Of a stretch of 64,000 nucleotides of DNA, positions 9,553 through 18,346 are shown piece after piece. The stretch comes from Longimicrobiales bacterium. GTDB taxonomy: Bacteria; Gemmatimonadota; Gemmatimonadetes; Longimicrobiales; Gaopeijiaceae. Below the pieces are notes generated by a model. The model had not been told where the DNA came from and made no database searches. It was given only the letters and a program-made list of their open reading frames with translations. A program made the position numbers and the translations under genes. Where the stretch lies: positions 2,528,001-2,592,000 of the forward strand of contig OZ220732.1 in assembly GCA_965116905.1 (NCBI GenBank), written 5' to 3'. Every line of letters starts with the position of its first letter. Positions within the stretch are counted from its first letter, which is position 1.

Positions 9553-10587
9553 CTAGGCCAGTTTTTCGAGGAGCTTCCGCAGTCTACCAATCTTGTTTCT
9601 GTTCTCCGGAGATAAGTCGTCGGGGCTGAAATGCATGATCTCGTTCCGCAAGTCCTTGACGTCGTGCAGCAACCTCACAAACACCCGCCGATCAATGGTC
9701 AGCTCGAGTCGCTGCCAATTCACATCCACCTCCACCAAGCGGACGATTTCACCAAAAGTCAAATCTGATGCCTCGTTGATCGTCCGTTCTTGATCGCGCG
9801 GATCCCTTGCTGCCGCAATCTCCTCCGTGGAGAACGCCTCATCGATGAGTAGGCGCAGTCGGTCCTCAATCTCTTGAAGTAGCAGAAAGGGAGCGGCCAA
9901 CTCATGGTACTTGAGACTGAGATCGCTGGTTGTCACGATACCCGTCAGTCGCTCGTCCCTGCCGACCACGAGCACCACCTCGTCGCGGACGATCTTCTCG
10001 ACGGCGTCGAGAAGAGGAGTATTGAGGCCAACCGTCGAGTAGTCTCTCTCAATGCAATCCCGTACAAACCGACAGTTGTCGTCTCCCTTCGTGGTTCTGG
10101 CGATGCCGATCGAACGCCAACTGATCATGCCGTCAATTCGACGCTTGTCTTGGGTGACCGGCAGCTGAGAGTAGTTGTGGATCATCATCTCGGTAACTGC
10201 GGCTGACAGGGTGCTATCCCGTGTCACGGTAACGACCCCGCTGGTTGCCGCAGGAAGCATGCCCACATACAACGCTGGATCTCTGGCTTCCGACTTGGTG
10301 GTACCATTGCCGGTTGGTTGATGGTCAGTCTTGCGAGAAGGGTCGTCATCATCTGTGCGTGTAGCAGACATGGGCAAGAATCGTACGAACGCGTCGATGT
10401 CGATAGTGGAGAAATCAGGATCGGTCGCGAGACGGAGTTCTTGAAGGGCGCTGCGGACGGTCCAGACCACCGAAGATCGGCGACGCTTATGTCCAAACCA
10501 GGACAGCAGAGTTCTTACCTTGGCCCGGCGGGGCTTCCCTGCATGGACTGACCGGGCCACGTCTCGCAGGGGATCGGGAGTTGACAC
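9553..10587 (-). CDS. CBS-pair protein with C-terminal HEPN (RxxxxH) domain
   Basis: CBS repeats (VTRDSTLSAAVTEMMIHNYSQLPV; VLVVGRDERLTGIVTTSDL), then helical domain EIEDRLR...LTFGE...LRNEIMHF. Start uncertain; GTG 10587 chosen over 10719, which overlaps the upstream gene. Confidence 0.8.
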   Translation of the reverse strand: MSTPDPLRDVARSVHAGKPRRAKVRTLLSWFGHKRRRSSVVWTVRSALQELRLATDPDFSTIDIDAFVRFLPMSATRTDDDDPSRKTDHQPTGNGTTKSEARDPALYVGMLPAATSGVVTVTRDSTLSAAVTEMMIHNYSQLPVTQDKRRIDGMISWRSIGIARTTKGDDNCRFVRDCIERDYSTVGLNTPLLDAVEKIVRDEVVLVVGRDERLTGIVTTSDLSLKYHELAAPFLLLQEIEDRLRLLIDEAFSTEEIAAARDPRDQERTINEASDLTFGEIVRLVEVDVNWQRLELTIDRRVFVRLLHDVKDLRNEIMHFSPDDLSPENRNKIGRLRKLLEKLA

Positions 10588-10688
10588 TGGCGGTTGACAA
10601 GGTGGAGGGAATCCGTCACTGAGAGACTGAGGGTATGGGAAATGGTCACATTCGGCAACGGACAGGTCCGGTGACCCGTGGTTGCTCC

Positions 10689-11618
10689 TCACCCCCGAAA
10701 CACCTCCACCCTGTGCCACGCCACCATCCCCCGATCCGGCGCGTCCTTCGCCCTCACCGGCGCCCGAATCGCCCTCCCCCTCAACCCCACCAACCGCCTA
10801 GCAGCCCGACTCCTCCCTCGCACCCCGCCAGACACCAGAATCCGAAACCCACCCCCCTTCCCCTCCAGCCCCATCGCCCCAAGGTCCAGCGCCTTGTGAT
10901 GCACGGAGCACAGCGCCAAGCCGTTGGGAACCACGTCCCGCCCATCGTGAGAATGCCACCGGATGTGCGCGGCCTCCAGCCCTAGCAAGCGGTCGCCAAA
11001 GCGGATGTCGTACTCGCACACGGCGCATCGTTCGTCGTACGCCTCAAGGACCGCCCTGCGGAAACGGGGATCCCGCGGCGTGTACTCCCTGACCTTCCTG
11101 CCCCTTCTGGGCATGGGTTCGTCGAGTCCGTCGGAGGAAGGCCCCGCCGCCAGTCGCACGGCGTCCAGGATGTCCTGATGGATCGATAGCGGAAAGTGTT
11201 CGGACAGGATCTGGTGCGCAGCGCGCGACACGAGTTCCGGGTGGTGCCACAGCAGGTCGTGGACATCCTGCCGGAATCCGCCCGTGATCCCGAGGCGCCT
11301 TGCTTCGCTGACGCGGATGTCTGCCGCCCGTCCCGTGGACAGTTGTGATTCCTCTGGTATCTCCCACAGGCGATCGTCGTTTCGCAATCTGCCAAACGGG
11401 TAGTGGACGCGGGGCGGCGTATCCGGTCGCCCGAACTCCTCCCACAGGGCCTTGAACCGCTCGTCCGCGGTCTCATATGGGATCAGCCGACCCTCCGGCC
11501 CCAAGCCGACACGGCCGAGCGCCAACAGCAGCATCAGCGGCTTGTGAGGTGCCCGACCGCCATGGCTTCGATCGATCCTGACGCCAGCCAACCGCGCAAG
11601 GAATTGTTCGGGAGTCAC
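10689..11618 (-). CDS. SBD-HNH phosphorothioate-DNA-dependent restriction endonuclease
   Basis: Sulfur-binding-domain motifs RAPHKPLMLLLALG and HYPFGRLRND; HNH CAVC...LEAAHIRW...NGLALCSVHHKALD. Confidence 0.85.
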   Translation of the reverse strand: MTPEQFLARLAGVRIDRSHGGRAPHKPLMLLLALGRVGLGPEGRLIPYETADERFKALWEEFGRPDTPPRVHYPFGRLRNDDRLWEIPEESQLSTGRAADIRVSEARRLGITGGFRQDVHDLLWHHPELVSRAAHQILSEHFPLSIHQDILDAVRLAAGPSSDGLDEPMPRRGRKVREYTPRDPRFRRAVLEAYDERCAVCEYDIRFGDRLLGLEAAHIRWHSHDGRDVVPNGLALCSVHHKALDLGAMGLEGKGGGFRILVSGGVRGRSRAARRLVGLRGRAIRAPVRAKDAPDRGMVAWHRVEVFRG

Positions 11619-11688
11619 TTGTCTTCGTGGCAGGGCATCGGCTCAAGGGGCCACGGTATAGTCTAACGCGGACACCAATCAAGCCAGC

Positions 11689-11717
11689 ATTGTAAACTTT
11701 AGTTGTCATTATGTCAA
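11689..11717 (-). promoter_or_regulatory. sigma70-type promoter for the SBD-HNH/CBS-HEPN/SNF2/ATPase run
   Basis: Minus strand TTGACA (11717-11712), 17 nt, TACAAT (11694-11689). Overlapped by palindrome TGTCAA-N6-TTGACA (11712-11729). Confidence 0.8.
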
Positions 11718-11758
11718 TCGAAGTTGACACAGACAGCCGCCGACCTCCCATCCAGCTA

Positions 11759-11790
11759 TTGACTCGCTCGTGACATATGTGTACTATGTA
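11759..11790 (+). promoter_or_regulatory. sigma70-type promoter of the XRE gene with overlapping inverted repeat
   Basis: TTGACT (11759-11764), 17 nt, TACTAT (11782-11787) with extended -10 TG; ACATA-N7-TATGT overlaps the -10. Confidence 0.7.
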
Positions 11791-11826
11791 CAACACACTA
11801 CCCACACAATCCACCCATCCCAACCC

Positions 11827-12180
11827 ATGACCCACTTCGGCCCCACCGTCCGCCAGATCCGCGAGACCCTTCGCGCATCCGACCGCCGCTTCTCCCTGCG
11901 GCAGGTCGCCCACCGCGTTGGAGTGGAGCCCGCGTACCTGAGCAAGATCGAACGCGGCGTCGCTGCTCCGCCCTCGGAGGCCACGACCGTGCGCCTGGCG
12001 AAGGAGCTGGACGAGGATCCGGACGTGTTTCTGGCCCTTGCCGGAAAGGTCTCGAGCGACCTGCAGGAGATCATTCGGAAGAGACCGCAGCTCTTCGCGC
12101 AGCTCATCCGGGAGCTGAAGGAGGCGCCCGACGAAGCCGTGTTCCGGGTCGTGCGGGTCGTGCGGGAGGGAGATTGGTAA
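11827..12180 (+). CDS. XRE-family HTH regulator
   Basis: FGPTVRQIRE...SLRQVAHRVGVEPAYLSKIERG...LAKELD; ATG 11827. Confidence 0.9.
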   Translation: MTHFGPTVRQIRETLRASDRRFSLRQVAHRVGVEPAYLSKIERGVAAPPSEATTVRLAKELDEDPDVFLALAGKVSSDLQEIIRKRPQLFAQLIRELKEAPDEAVFRVVRVVREGDW

Positions 12181-12208
12181 GTCACTGAACAGAGGAGAAT
12201 CGCAGCCC

Positions 12209-13213
12209 ATGATCACGCTTGAGAGAGACCGGATGAGCTTCCGGTTCCCCGAAGTCCACCCCCAGGCCCGGTGCAGCGTCGAGTTCCAGCGCACCCTGCG
12301 GATTCCGGACGACGACCGGTCCTACCCGCTTCCTCCGGGACTCGGCTGCTTTCCACTCCGCCATGTCGACGACTTCGCGGACCGCCTCGCCGGGAAGACC
12401 TTGCACCGGGGTGGCGTGGTGATGCCCATGCATCAGGCCGAAGCCATGTGGCTGAACCTCGATCCCGGGTTTTCCGAATACCCCTGTGCGGTCAAGGTGG
12501 CTGCCGGGAAGGTGTGCGCGGTCAGCGGCGAGCCCTGGTCCGACGACCTCAACGCCAATCCGCAGAACTACCTGGTGGTCCCCGACCAGCCGTGGCTGGA
12601 TGGGTACTGCGTGGGAGAGGGCATCATCCGCCAGTTCGTCGCCATGCCGCTCGGCGAAGGATACACCGCGGAGGAGCAGCTGACCGGCGCCGCGGAGCAC
12701 GGCGGCCTGCAGATATCCGTCTGCCCCATGAAGCGCGAGGTGTACGAGAAGCTGTTCGGGGACCGGTTTCGGGCGATGGAGCACATGGTCTGCTACAGCC
12801 CGGCCCCAGCCCCTCACGAAATGGGCTTGGCCCCCGGTGGCCGGATGCGGCAGGAAATCTACGACGACGAATACGGCTTGGACGCGTGGGACGAGGAGCA
12901 CACGAGCCGTTGCTTCGTGACCATCGCCAACTCCAGGCAGTGGCTGGCGATCACCGGCGAGCACCCGCCCACAATCCCGCCGACGGCGCGCCACTACACC
13001 GACGCCGGACTACCCTGGTTCGACTATTACGATGGGGACCGGAAGGCGATATCGGGCTCGGAGTCGCTTGCGGGGCTGAAGAGTGTGGCTGAGACCGGGG
13101 TGGAGAAGGGTGAAGTGCCACTTCCGGAGAACGACCCGCTTGACGTGCCCGAGGTCCTGCGCATTGCGCCGGACAGAGAGCGCGTCGTCCGTGAGTATTC
13201 TGCCGAGGGTTGA
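12209..13213 (+). CDS. Conserved hypothetical protein (FQRTLRIPDD...LPPGLG family)
   Basis: AGGAG RBS; motifs FQRTLRIPDD, NYLVVPDQPWLDG, IRQFVAMPLG.GYT.E.Q, MGLAPGG, YTDAGLPWF; function unknown. Confidence 0.8.
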   Translation: MITLERDRMSFRFPEVHPQARCSVEFQRTLRIPDDDRSYPLPPGLGCFPLRHVDDFADRLAGKTLHRGGVVMPMHQAEAMWLNLDPGFSEYPCAVKVAAGKVCAVSGEPWSDDLNANPQNYLVVPDQPWLDGYCVGEGIIRQFVAMPLGEGYTAEEQLTGAAEHGGLQISVCPMKREVYEKLFGDRFRAMEHMVCYSPAPAPHEMGLAPGGRMRQEIYDDEYGLDAWDEEHTSRCFVTIANSRQWLAITGEHPPTIPPTARHYTDAGLPWFDYYDGDRKAISGSESLAGLKSVAETGVEKGEVPLPENDPLDVPEVLRIAPDRERVVREYSAEG

Positions 13214-13225
13214 GGTCGCGAGTCG

Positions 13226-13383
13226 TCAGCTCCCCTGCAGACGCGCCAGGAAGTCCTGAGGTGTGTCGCAATCGAGGATCGCCGCGGTCACCCAGGCGAC
13301 CCGATCCGGCCAGGGCTTCCCACGATCGACTGCTGCGCCTCCTCCGCGGTCCGCTGTCCGAACTTTAGCGCGATCTGCTTAAT
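13226..13383 (-). pseudogene. Frameshifted remnant of an Rpn C-terminal (DUF4351-like) domain
   Basis: KQIALKFGQRTAEEAQQ in one frame continues as DRVAWVTAAILDCDTPQDFLARLQGS* in another; homologous to 14457-14693. Confidence 0.65.
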
Positions 13384-13490
13384 CGGCCGAGCACATCGCG
13401 GGCGTAGGCCGGCGTGTGCCCCCTTGTCCCCGCCACCACCCGCTCGGCAACCTCCACCCCGACCCCGTCCCCCCACTGCAGGAGTTTCCC

Positions 13491-14174
13491 ATGCCCCCCA
13501 CCTCCCAACTCCCCGAGCGAGCCGAACGCACCGTCATCGCCGTCATCTGCCTGGACCTCGTCCTCCAGACCGCCGAGACCATCGACGCCCTGGCCGGCGC
13601 GGCGACATTCTTCTTCTTCGCCGGCGTCGCCGTCTGGCTCCTCTACACCATCGAATGGTGCGTCCGGATCCGCCGGGCCGAGGACTGGAAGAAGTACGCG
13701 TTCAGCTTCATGGGCGTCGTGGACTTCCTGGCGGTCCTGCCTCTGTGGGCGTTCACGGGATTCGATCTGAAGGCACTTCGGGCCTTTCGCCTGTTTCGCC
13801 TCTTTGTCTCGACGGCGAAGCTTGCCACCCGCACCAGCGCCGTGGTCAAGCTCGCGCGGGCGTTCCGGTTCGCCATGGACGAGGCCGGTGCGCTGTTCGC
13901 GGGCACGTGCATCGTCGTGATCACGGCCGGGTTCGGGATGTACCACCTTGAGCACGGCGTACAGCCGGAGGTCTTCGCCACCGTGTACGACGGCCTGTGG
14001 TGGGCGGTGGTCACCCTGACGACAGTGGGGTACGGCGACATCCAGCCCGTGACGGCCGGCGGGAGGATCCTGGCCACCGTGGCGATGTTCGCCGGGATCG
14101 GGGTGATCGGGGCGGCGTGCGGGATCATGGCGGATGCGCTGCGGGAGGCGAGTGCGGGGGAGGGGGTGGGGTAG
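13491..14174 (+). CDS. Potassium channel, voltage-gated-like
   Basis: Filter TLTTVGYGD, pore helix GLWWAVVT, S4-like LKALRAFRLFRL; AGGAG before ATG 13491. Confidence 0.92.
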   Translation: MPPTSQLPERAERTVIAVICLDLVLQTAETIDALAGAATFFFFAGVAVWLLYTIEWCVRIRRAEDWKKYAFSFMGVVDFLAVLPLWAFTGFDLKALRAFRLFRLFVSTAKLATRTSAVVKLARAFRFAMDEAGALFAGTCIVVITAGFGMYHLEHGVQPEVFATVYDGLWWAVVTLTTVGYGDIQPVTAGGRILATVAMFAGIGVIGAACGIMADALREASAGEGVG

Positions 14175-14262
14175 GGGGGAACAGCGGCGGTCCGTTCCCG
14201 AAAACGCTAGGATTGAATCGTTCGTTGACGGCCCTGGATCCGGGTGACCCTGGAGGTGGACG

Positions 14263-14444
14263 ATGAAGTACCGGGTAGCGCTACAAGAGTCCGAAGAGGG
14301 GTTCTCCGTCTGGGTTCCAGGCCTTCCCGGTTGTGTGTCCCAGGGGGCAACGGAAGAGGAAGCAATGGCGAACATCGCCGATGCTACCTGGAGGTGGCGG
14401 TGGAGATTGCCAGATTCACGATGGGCCGTCTGGCCGGCGGTTGA
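14263..14444 (+). pseudogene. hicB: Degenerate HicB-family antitoxin with no adjacent hicA
   Basis: MKYRVALQESEEGFSVWVPGLPGCVSQGATEEEAMANIADA; the expected continuation YLEVAVE is in a different frame (shift near 14384). Confidence 0.7.
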
Positions 14445-14456
14445 AGTCGCGAGGCG

Positions 14457-14693
14457 TCAATCCCCCCGCAGACGCAGACCCTCCAGAAAGTCCTCGGCCT
14501 TGTCGCGGTCGAGGATCGCGTAAGTGGCCCAGGCGATCCGATCCCCGTCAGGGTCTTCGCCGAGAAGCTGCTGCGCTTCCTCCGCGGTCCCCGCTCCGAA
14601 CTTCAGCGCGACCAGCTGAACCAGCATCTCCATCCGCCCCAGTTGCTTGACCTCGTCCCAGCCGCGCAGGAACTCGTTCACCAACGTGCCCAT
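14457..14693 (-). CDS. Small Rpn C-terminal-like (DUF4351-like) protein
   Basis: GRMEMLVQLVALKFGAGTAEEAQQLL...AILDRDKAEDFL resembles Rpn C-terminal tails; no nuclease domain upstream. Confidence 0.55.
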   Translation of the reverse strand: MGTLVNEFLRGWDEVKQLGRMEMLVQLVALKFGAGTAEEAQQLLGEDPDGDRIAWATYAILDRDKAEDFLEGLRLRGD

Positions 14694-14793
14694 CCATACC
14701 ACGTGCTCGACTTGCCTTGGTGGGCCGGTCTCGGTGACGCCCGAGCCCGAAAGAGGCGTGCAGTAGGGACTGCTGTTTGCGAGTCCTCGAGCT

Positions 14794-15714
14794 TCACCGG
14801 GACGGGTGGTGTGACCGCCCCCTCAACGTGGCCTGCTCCGATGCACTCCAATCGGGGGGCTTCACCAGCACCCGCAGCTTGTTCCTGACTCCTCTCGTAT
14901 GGAGGATCTTCAGGATCAGTCGCTGGATCCCGTGCAGGAACACCTTGATGGGGTTGTTCGAGTTAATCGGTTGGTCGATGCCGTACACCACCGGTTCGAC
15001 CTCCGGCTCGAAGGTGCCGAACATGCGATCCCAAATGATGAGCATGCCCGCGTAGTTCCTGTCCCAATACTGCCGGTTCGAGCCATGGTGCACCCTGTGG
15101 TGAGAGGGCGTGTTGAAGAGGAACTCGACGGGCCGCGGAAGCTTCCGGATGACCTCGGTGTGCAGTATCGCCTGGAACTGCTGCACGAGGACCTCGGAGA
15201 GGAGCACCAGGATCGGGTGGTATCCCAGCATGACGATCGGAAACGAGAACAGGAGCGGGAACACCGCGTCGAGAGGACCGAAACGGTAGGCCACCGACAT
15301 GTTGAAATGGGGTGAGCTGTGATGAACGGTGTGAGTGGCCCACCCGACCCCGATCCTGTGCATTAAGCGGTGATCCCAGTAGTACGTGAGATCGGCCAGC
15401 AGGACGCAGGTGACGATCGTGACCCAGTTCAGCGACAGGTGAGCCAGGCTGAAGTTCTCGTAGATCCAGAAGTAGAGCTTGGTGACGAAGAGAATGCCGA
15501 GCGCGTACTCGATGGCCACGAACGACGCGAAGGCGATGACGTTCGCCACCGAGTCGCCTATGACGTCGAAGCTCAGGCGCTTGACGAACGCGTAGCGGAT
15601 CATTTCGACGAAGAAGAAGGGGACGATCACATACACGATGCTCAGGTCGTTCAATACTTGGAACCACCCCATGACCGCGTCCCAGTTCAGCGCTCTCGTG
15701 ATCGCGTCGATCAT
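14794..15714 (-). CDS. Sterol desaturase / alkylglycerol monooxygenase-like membrane di-iron enzyme
   Basis: His boxes YYWDHRLMH, HTVHHS, HTE, PSHHRVHH; NYAGMLIIWDRMFGTF. Confidence 0.92.
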   Translation of the reverse strand: MIDAITRALNWDAVMGWFQVLNDLSIVYVIVPFFFVEMIRYAFVKRLSFDVIGDSVANVIAFASFVAIEYALGILFVTKLYFWIYENFSLAHLSLNWVTIVTCVLLADLTYYWDHRLMHRIGVGWATHTVHHSSPHFNMSVAYRFGPLDAVFPLLFSFPIVMLGYHPILVLLSEVLVQQFQAILHTEVIRKLPRPVEFLFNTPSHHRVHHGSNRQYWDRNYAGMLIIWDRMFGTFEPEVEPVVYGIDQPINSNNPIKVFLHGIQRLILKILHTRGVRNKLRVLVKPPDWSASEQATLRGRSHHPSR

Positions 15715-15950
15715 GGGTCTCGGGCCTCCTTCCGTTCCCCGGCCTCGTCAGCGGTATCGTCAACTGGGCCGATTCCTCGAGCTGCCCCTTCCAGCTGAAA
15801 CCGAGTCTGCTCCGCCGCCTCGTCGAACGCCTTGGCGTCTTCTTCGGAACTCGCCAGGCGGGCGGCCCCGACCAGAGCAGCCACCATGATGGCGGTCGTA
15901 AGCACCTGCGCCGGAAACGGCAGTCGATTCCGTTCTTTCGGCATGGTCAT
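15711..15950 (-). CDS. Small hypothetical membrane or secreted protein
   Basis: One hydrophobic segment; ATGA overlaps with both neighbours. Confidence 0.6.
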   Translation of the reverse strand: MTMPKERNRLPFPAQVLTTAIMVAALVGAARLASSEEDAKAFDEAAEQTRFQLEGAARGIGPVDDTADEAGERKEARDP

Positions 15951-16504
15951 ACCCTCTTCCTTTCAGTTGAAAGCCCGTTGGCGATGGTCTCCCAGACAAG
16001 ATCCTGTGCCTGAACCACACCAAGTTGCCCATCGCCGACGGCTCGGCACGCGGCCCATATCAAGCCATCGATACTTGCCACCACCCAGGCGGTGGGGACA
16101 TCGGGTCGAATGCAGCCCTCCCGCTTGGCGGCTGCGACCAGGTCAGCCAACTCGGACATCTGCCGTTGGTAGGCTTCGACGATCTCCGGCTCGTCGTATA
16201 GCTCGGCGGCCGAGTCCAGGAAACGAAAGAACTCGCCGGCGCCGACAACGGCCCGCGTCACCAACCTCAGCGCATCGGTAGCGGTGCGGGCACGTGCCAC
16301 GGCCTGCCGGGTCACGCTGTCCGTCTCGGCGACGGCTCGACCGGCCAGCGCCCTGAGCAGCCCCGCGCGGCCGTCGAAGTGACGGAAGACGGTCGCTCGC
16401 CCAACCCGCGCCTCGGTCGCGATCTGGTCAACCGTAGCGTTCGGATTCCGCAATAGCGCCGTGCTCGCCGCCTCAAGAATCCGTTCCCTTGTCGCCAACG
16501 CCAT
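15947..16504 (-). CDS. TetR/AcrR-family regulator
   Basis: TRERILEAA...ATVDQIATEARVGRATVFRHF. Confidence 0.93.
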   Translation of the reverse strand: MALATRERILEAASTALLRNPNATVDQIATEARVGRATVFRHFDGRAGLLRALAGRAVAETDSVTRQAVARARTATDALRLVTRAVVGAGEFFRFLDSAAELYDEPEIVEAYQRQMSELADLVAAAKREGCIRPDVPTAWVVASIDGLIWAACRAVGDGQLGVVQAQDLVWETIANGLSTERKRV

Positions 16505-16527
16505 GATGATACTCCATCGTTATGAAT

Positions 16528-16545
16528 TGAGACTCTATAGTCTCA
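16528..16545. promoter_or_regulatory. Probable TetR operator
   Basis: Perfect palindrome TGAGACT-CTAT-AGTCTCA about 24 bp upstream of tetR; minus-strand TTGACA at 16567-16562. Confidence 0.75.
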
Positions 16546-16754
16546 TCAGGGTCGTTGGCGTTGTCAACGCGTTCCGTCCGCTCCCACTTCGACGTGTCCC
16601 ACGGTCCGGGGCGCGCACCCTTCAAAACAGGCCCCGGTACCCGCCCGTCTTCACTTGCCGGCGCGAAACAGGCCAGTCCACGCGGTCGTCTTGTAGATAC
16701 ATCACGGATAGCCAAATCCCTGCGTTCGAGGGGACTTCAAGAGGAGACATCGCG

Positions 16755-18293
16755 ATGCCCGGCAAAACACGTAGCATGTGCCTGGCGGTCCTGGCGACCG
16801 CTTTCGTGGCTGACCAGCCCGTTTACGCCCAAGCTGTCATCGGGGGCGACTGGCGCGCGGATGTCGACGCGTTCGCGGGCAGGCTCGTCGAGATGGGCGC
16901 TGCCCCTGGTATCGGTCTCGCCATCGTCCAGGACGACTGGGTTCTGCACGCGCGCGGCTTTGGCCTGGCCGATATGGATTCCGGCAGGGGGGTCGACACG
17001 GAAACGGCGTTCTACATCGCCTCGACCACCAAGGCGATCACGGCGACGGCGGTGATCGCACTTGCCGATCGCGGCCTCATCGACCTTGACGCACCGATCA
17101 CGGCGTACGTGCCGGAGCTTCGCTTCCAGCCACCGCTCGACGCCGATGCAGTGACGGTCCACGACCTCCTGACGATGGCGCACGGCATCCAGCAGGGATT
17201 GGGACCGGTGGTGTTCCGAACGGCCTTTACCGGCGATTTCACCCATGCACAACTCATTGACGCCATGCATGACTATGGCCCGTCGTCGACCGGTCGTCGC
17301 TTCGCCTACGGGAACCTCGGATACAACCTGCTCGGGATGGTTCTCGAGAGCACGAGTTCCGGGAGTTGGAAGGAAGTCGTACGGCAGGAGGTGCTCGACC
17401 CGTTCGGCATGGATGAGACGACCGGGTACGTGTCGCGGATCCCCTCGGAGCGCATCGCTCAGCCACATGGCTTCGTGCCTGACGGTTTCGAGCGGATCCC
17501 CCTGGCCAAGGCCGACGCGAACATGCACGCTGCGGGTGGACACTTTGCCACCGCGCGGGATCTGGGACGCTTTGTCGCTGTTCACCTGAGTGGCGGAGCG
17601 GAAGGCGCCAGGGGCACTGTGCCGAGCCGGAGCGCGCTCCAGTCGATGCAGCGGCAGCACGTGGAGCAGGATCGCCAATTCCTGTCGTTGCATCGCTTCG
17701 GGTGGGGTTACGGGTGGGACCTCGGCACGTACGAAGGCGACACGGTGGTGCATCGCTTCGGCGGGTTCTCGGGGTACCACTCCCACCTGTCGTTCATGCC
17801 ACAGCACGGCATCGGAGTTGTGGTGCTTGTGAACGGGGGAGGCCCTACTGCCTTGGCGGCCGACCTGATGGCGACGTACGTCTACGATCGCCTGCTCGGA
17901 AAGGCAGGTGTCGAGGCCACACATGCCGCACGCATGGATGGCTTCAGTGCACGCTTGGAGGAGGCCCGTGGCGGGCTGGCCGCCCATCTGGCGGAGCGGA
18001 AAGCGCGTCTCGCTCCCCTCTCACATCCCCTCGAACACTATGCCGGCGTCTACGAAAGCCCTCGATTTGGCCGGATGGAGTGGCGGGTGGTCGCAAACGG
18101 ACTCGAGGTGCGGATGGGGATCGCGCAGAGCCGGGCGGAGGTGTTCGACGCGAGCGAAGACATGCTGCGAGCAGAACTCGCGGGCGGGAACGTCCTGGAT
18201 TTCGAGTTCCCGCCCGACGGAGGACCGGCATCGAGCATCATCTTGCGGACGGGCCCGGATACGGGTGAGGAGTTCTTGCGGAGCGGGCACTAG
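16755..18293 (+). CDS. Secreted serine hydrolase (beta-lactamase/PBP-like)
   Basis: SxxK (IASTTK), YxN (FAYGN), HRFGG; signal peptide; GAGGAG RBS before ATG 16755. Confidence 0.9.
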   Translation: MPGKTRSMCLAVLATAFVADQPVYAQAVIGGDWRADVDAFAGRLVEMGAAPGIGLAIVQDDWVLHARGFGLADMDSGRGVDTETAFYIASTTKAITATAVIALADRGLIDLDAPITAYVPELRFQPPLDADAVTVHDLLTMAHGIQQGLGPVVFRTAFTGDFTHAQLIDAMHDYGPSSTGRRFAYGNLGYNLLGMVLESTSSGSWKEVVRQEVLDPFGMDETTGYVSRIPSERIAQPHGFVPDGFERIPLAKADANMHAAGGHFATARDLGRFVAVHLSGGAEGARGTVPSRSALQSMQRQHVEQDRQFLSLHRFGWGYGWDLGTYEGDTVVHRFGGFSGYHSHLSFMPQHGIGVVVLVNGGGPTALAADLMATYVYDRLLGKAGVEATHAARMDGFSARLEEARGGLAAHLAERKARLAPLSHPLEHYAGVYESPRFGRMEWRVVANGLEVRMGIAQSRAEVFDASEDMLRAELAGGNVLDFEFPPDGGPASSIILRTGPDTGEEFLRSGH

Positions 18294-18346
18294 GTGCCAG
18301 TAGTAGGGTCCATTTCCGCACTTTGCGGCGCAGCCCCCTACCGCCA

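Noticed and set aside
1..14700. Integrase, transposase or att sites bounding the defence island
   Set aside because: None found; the left boundary lies outside the window.
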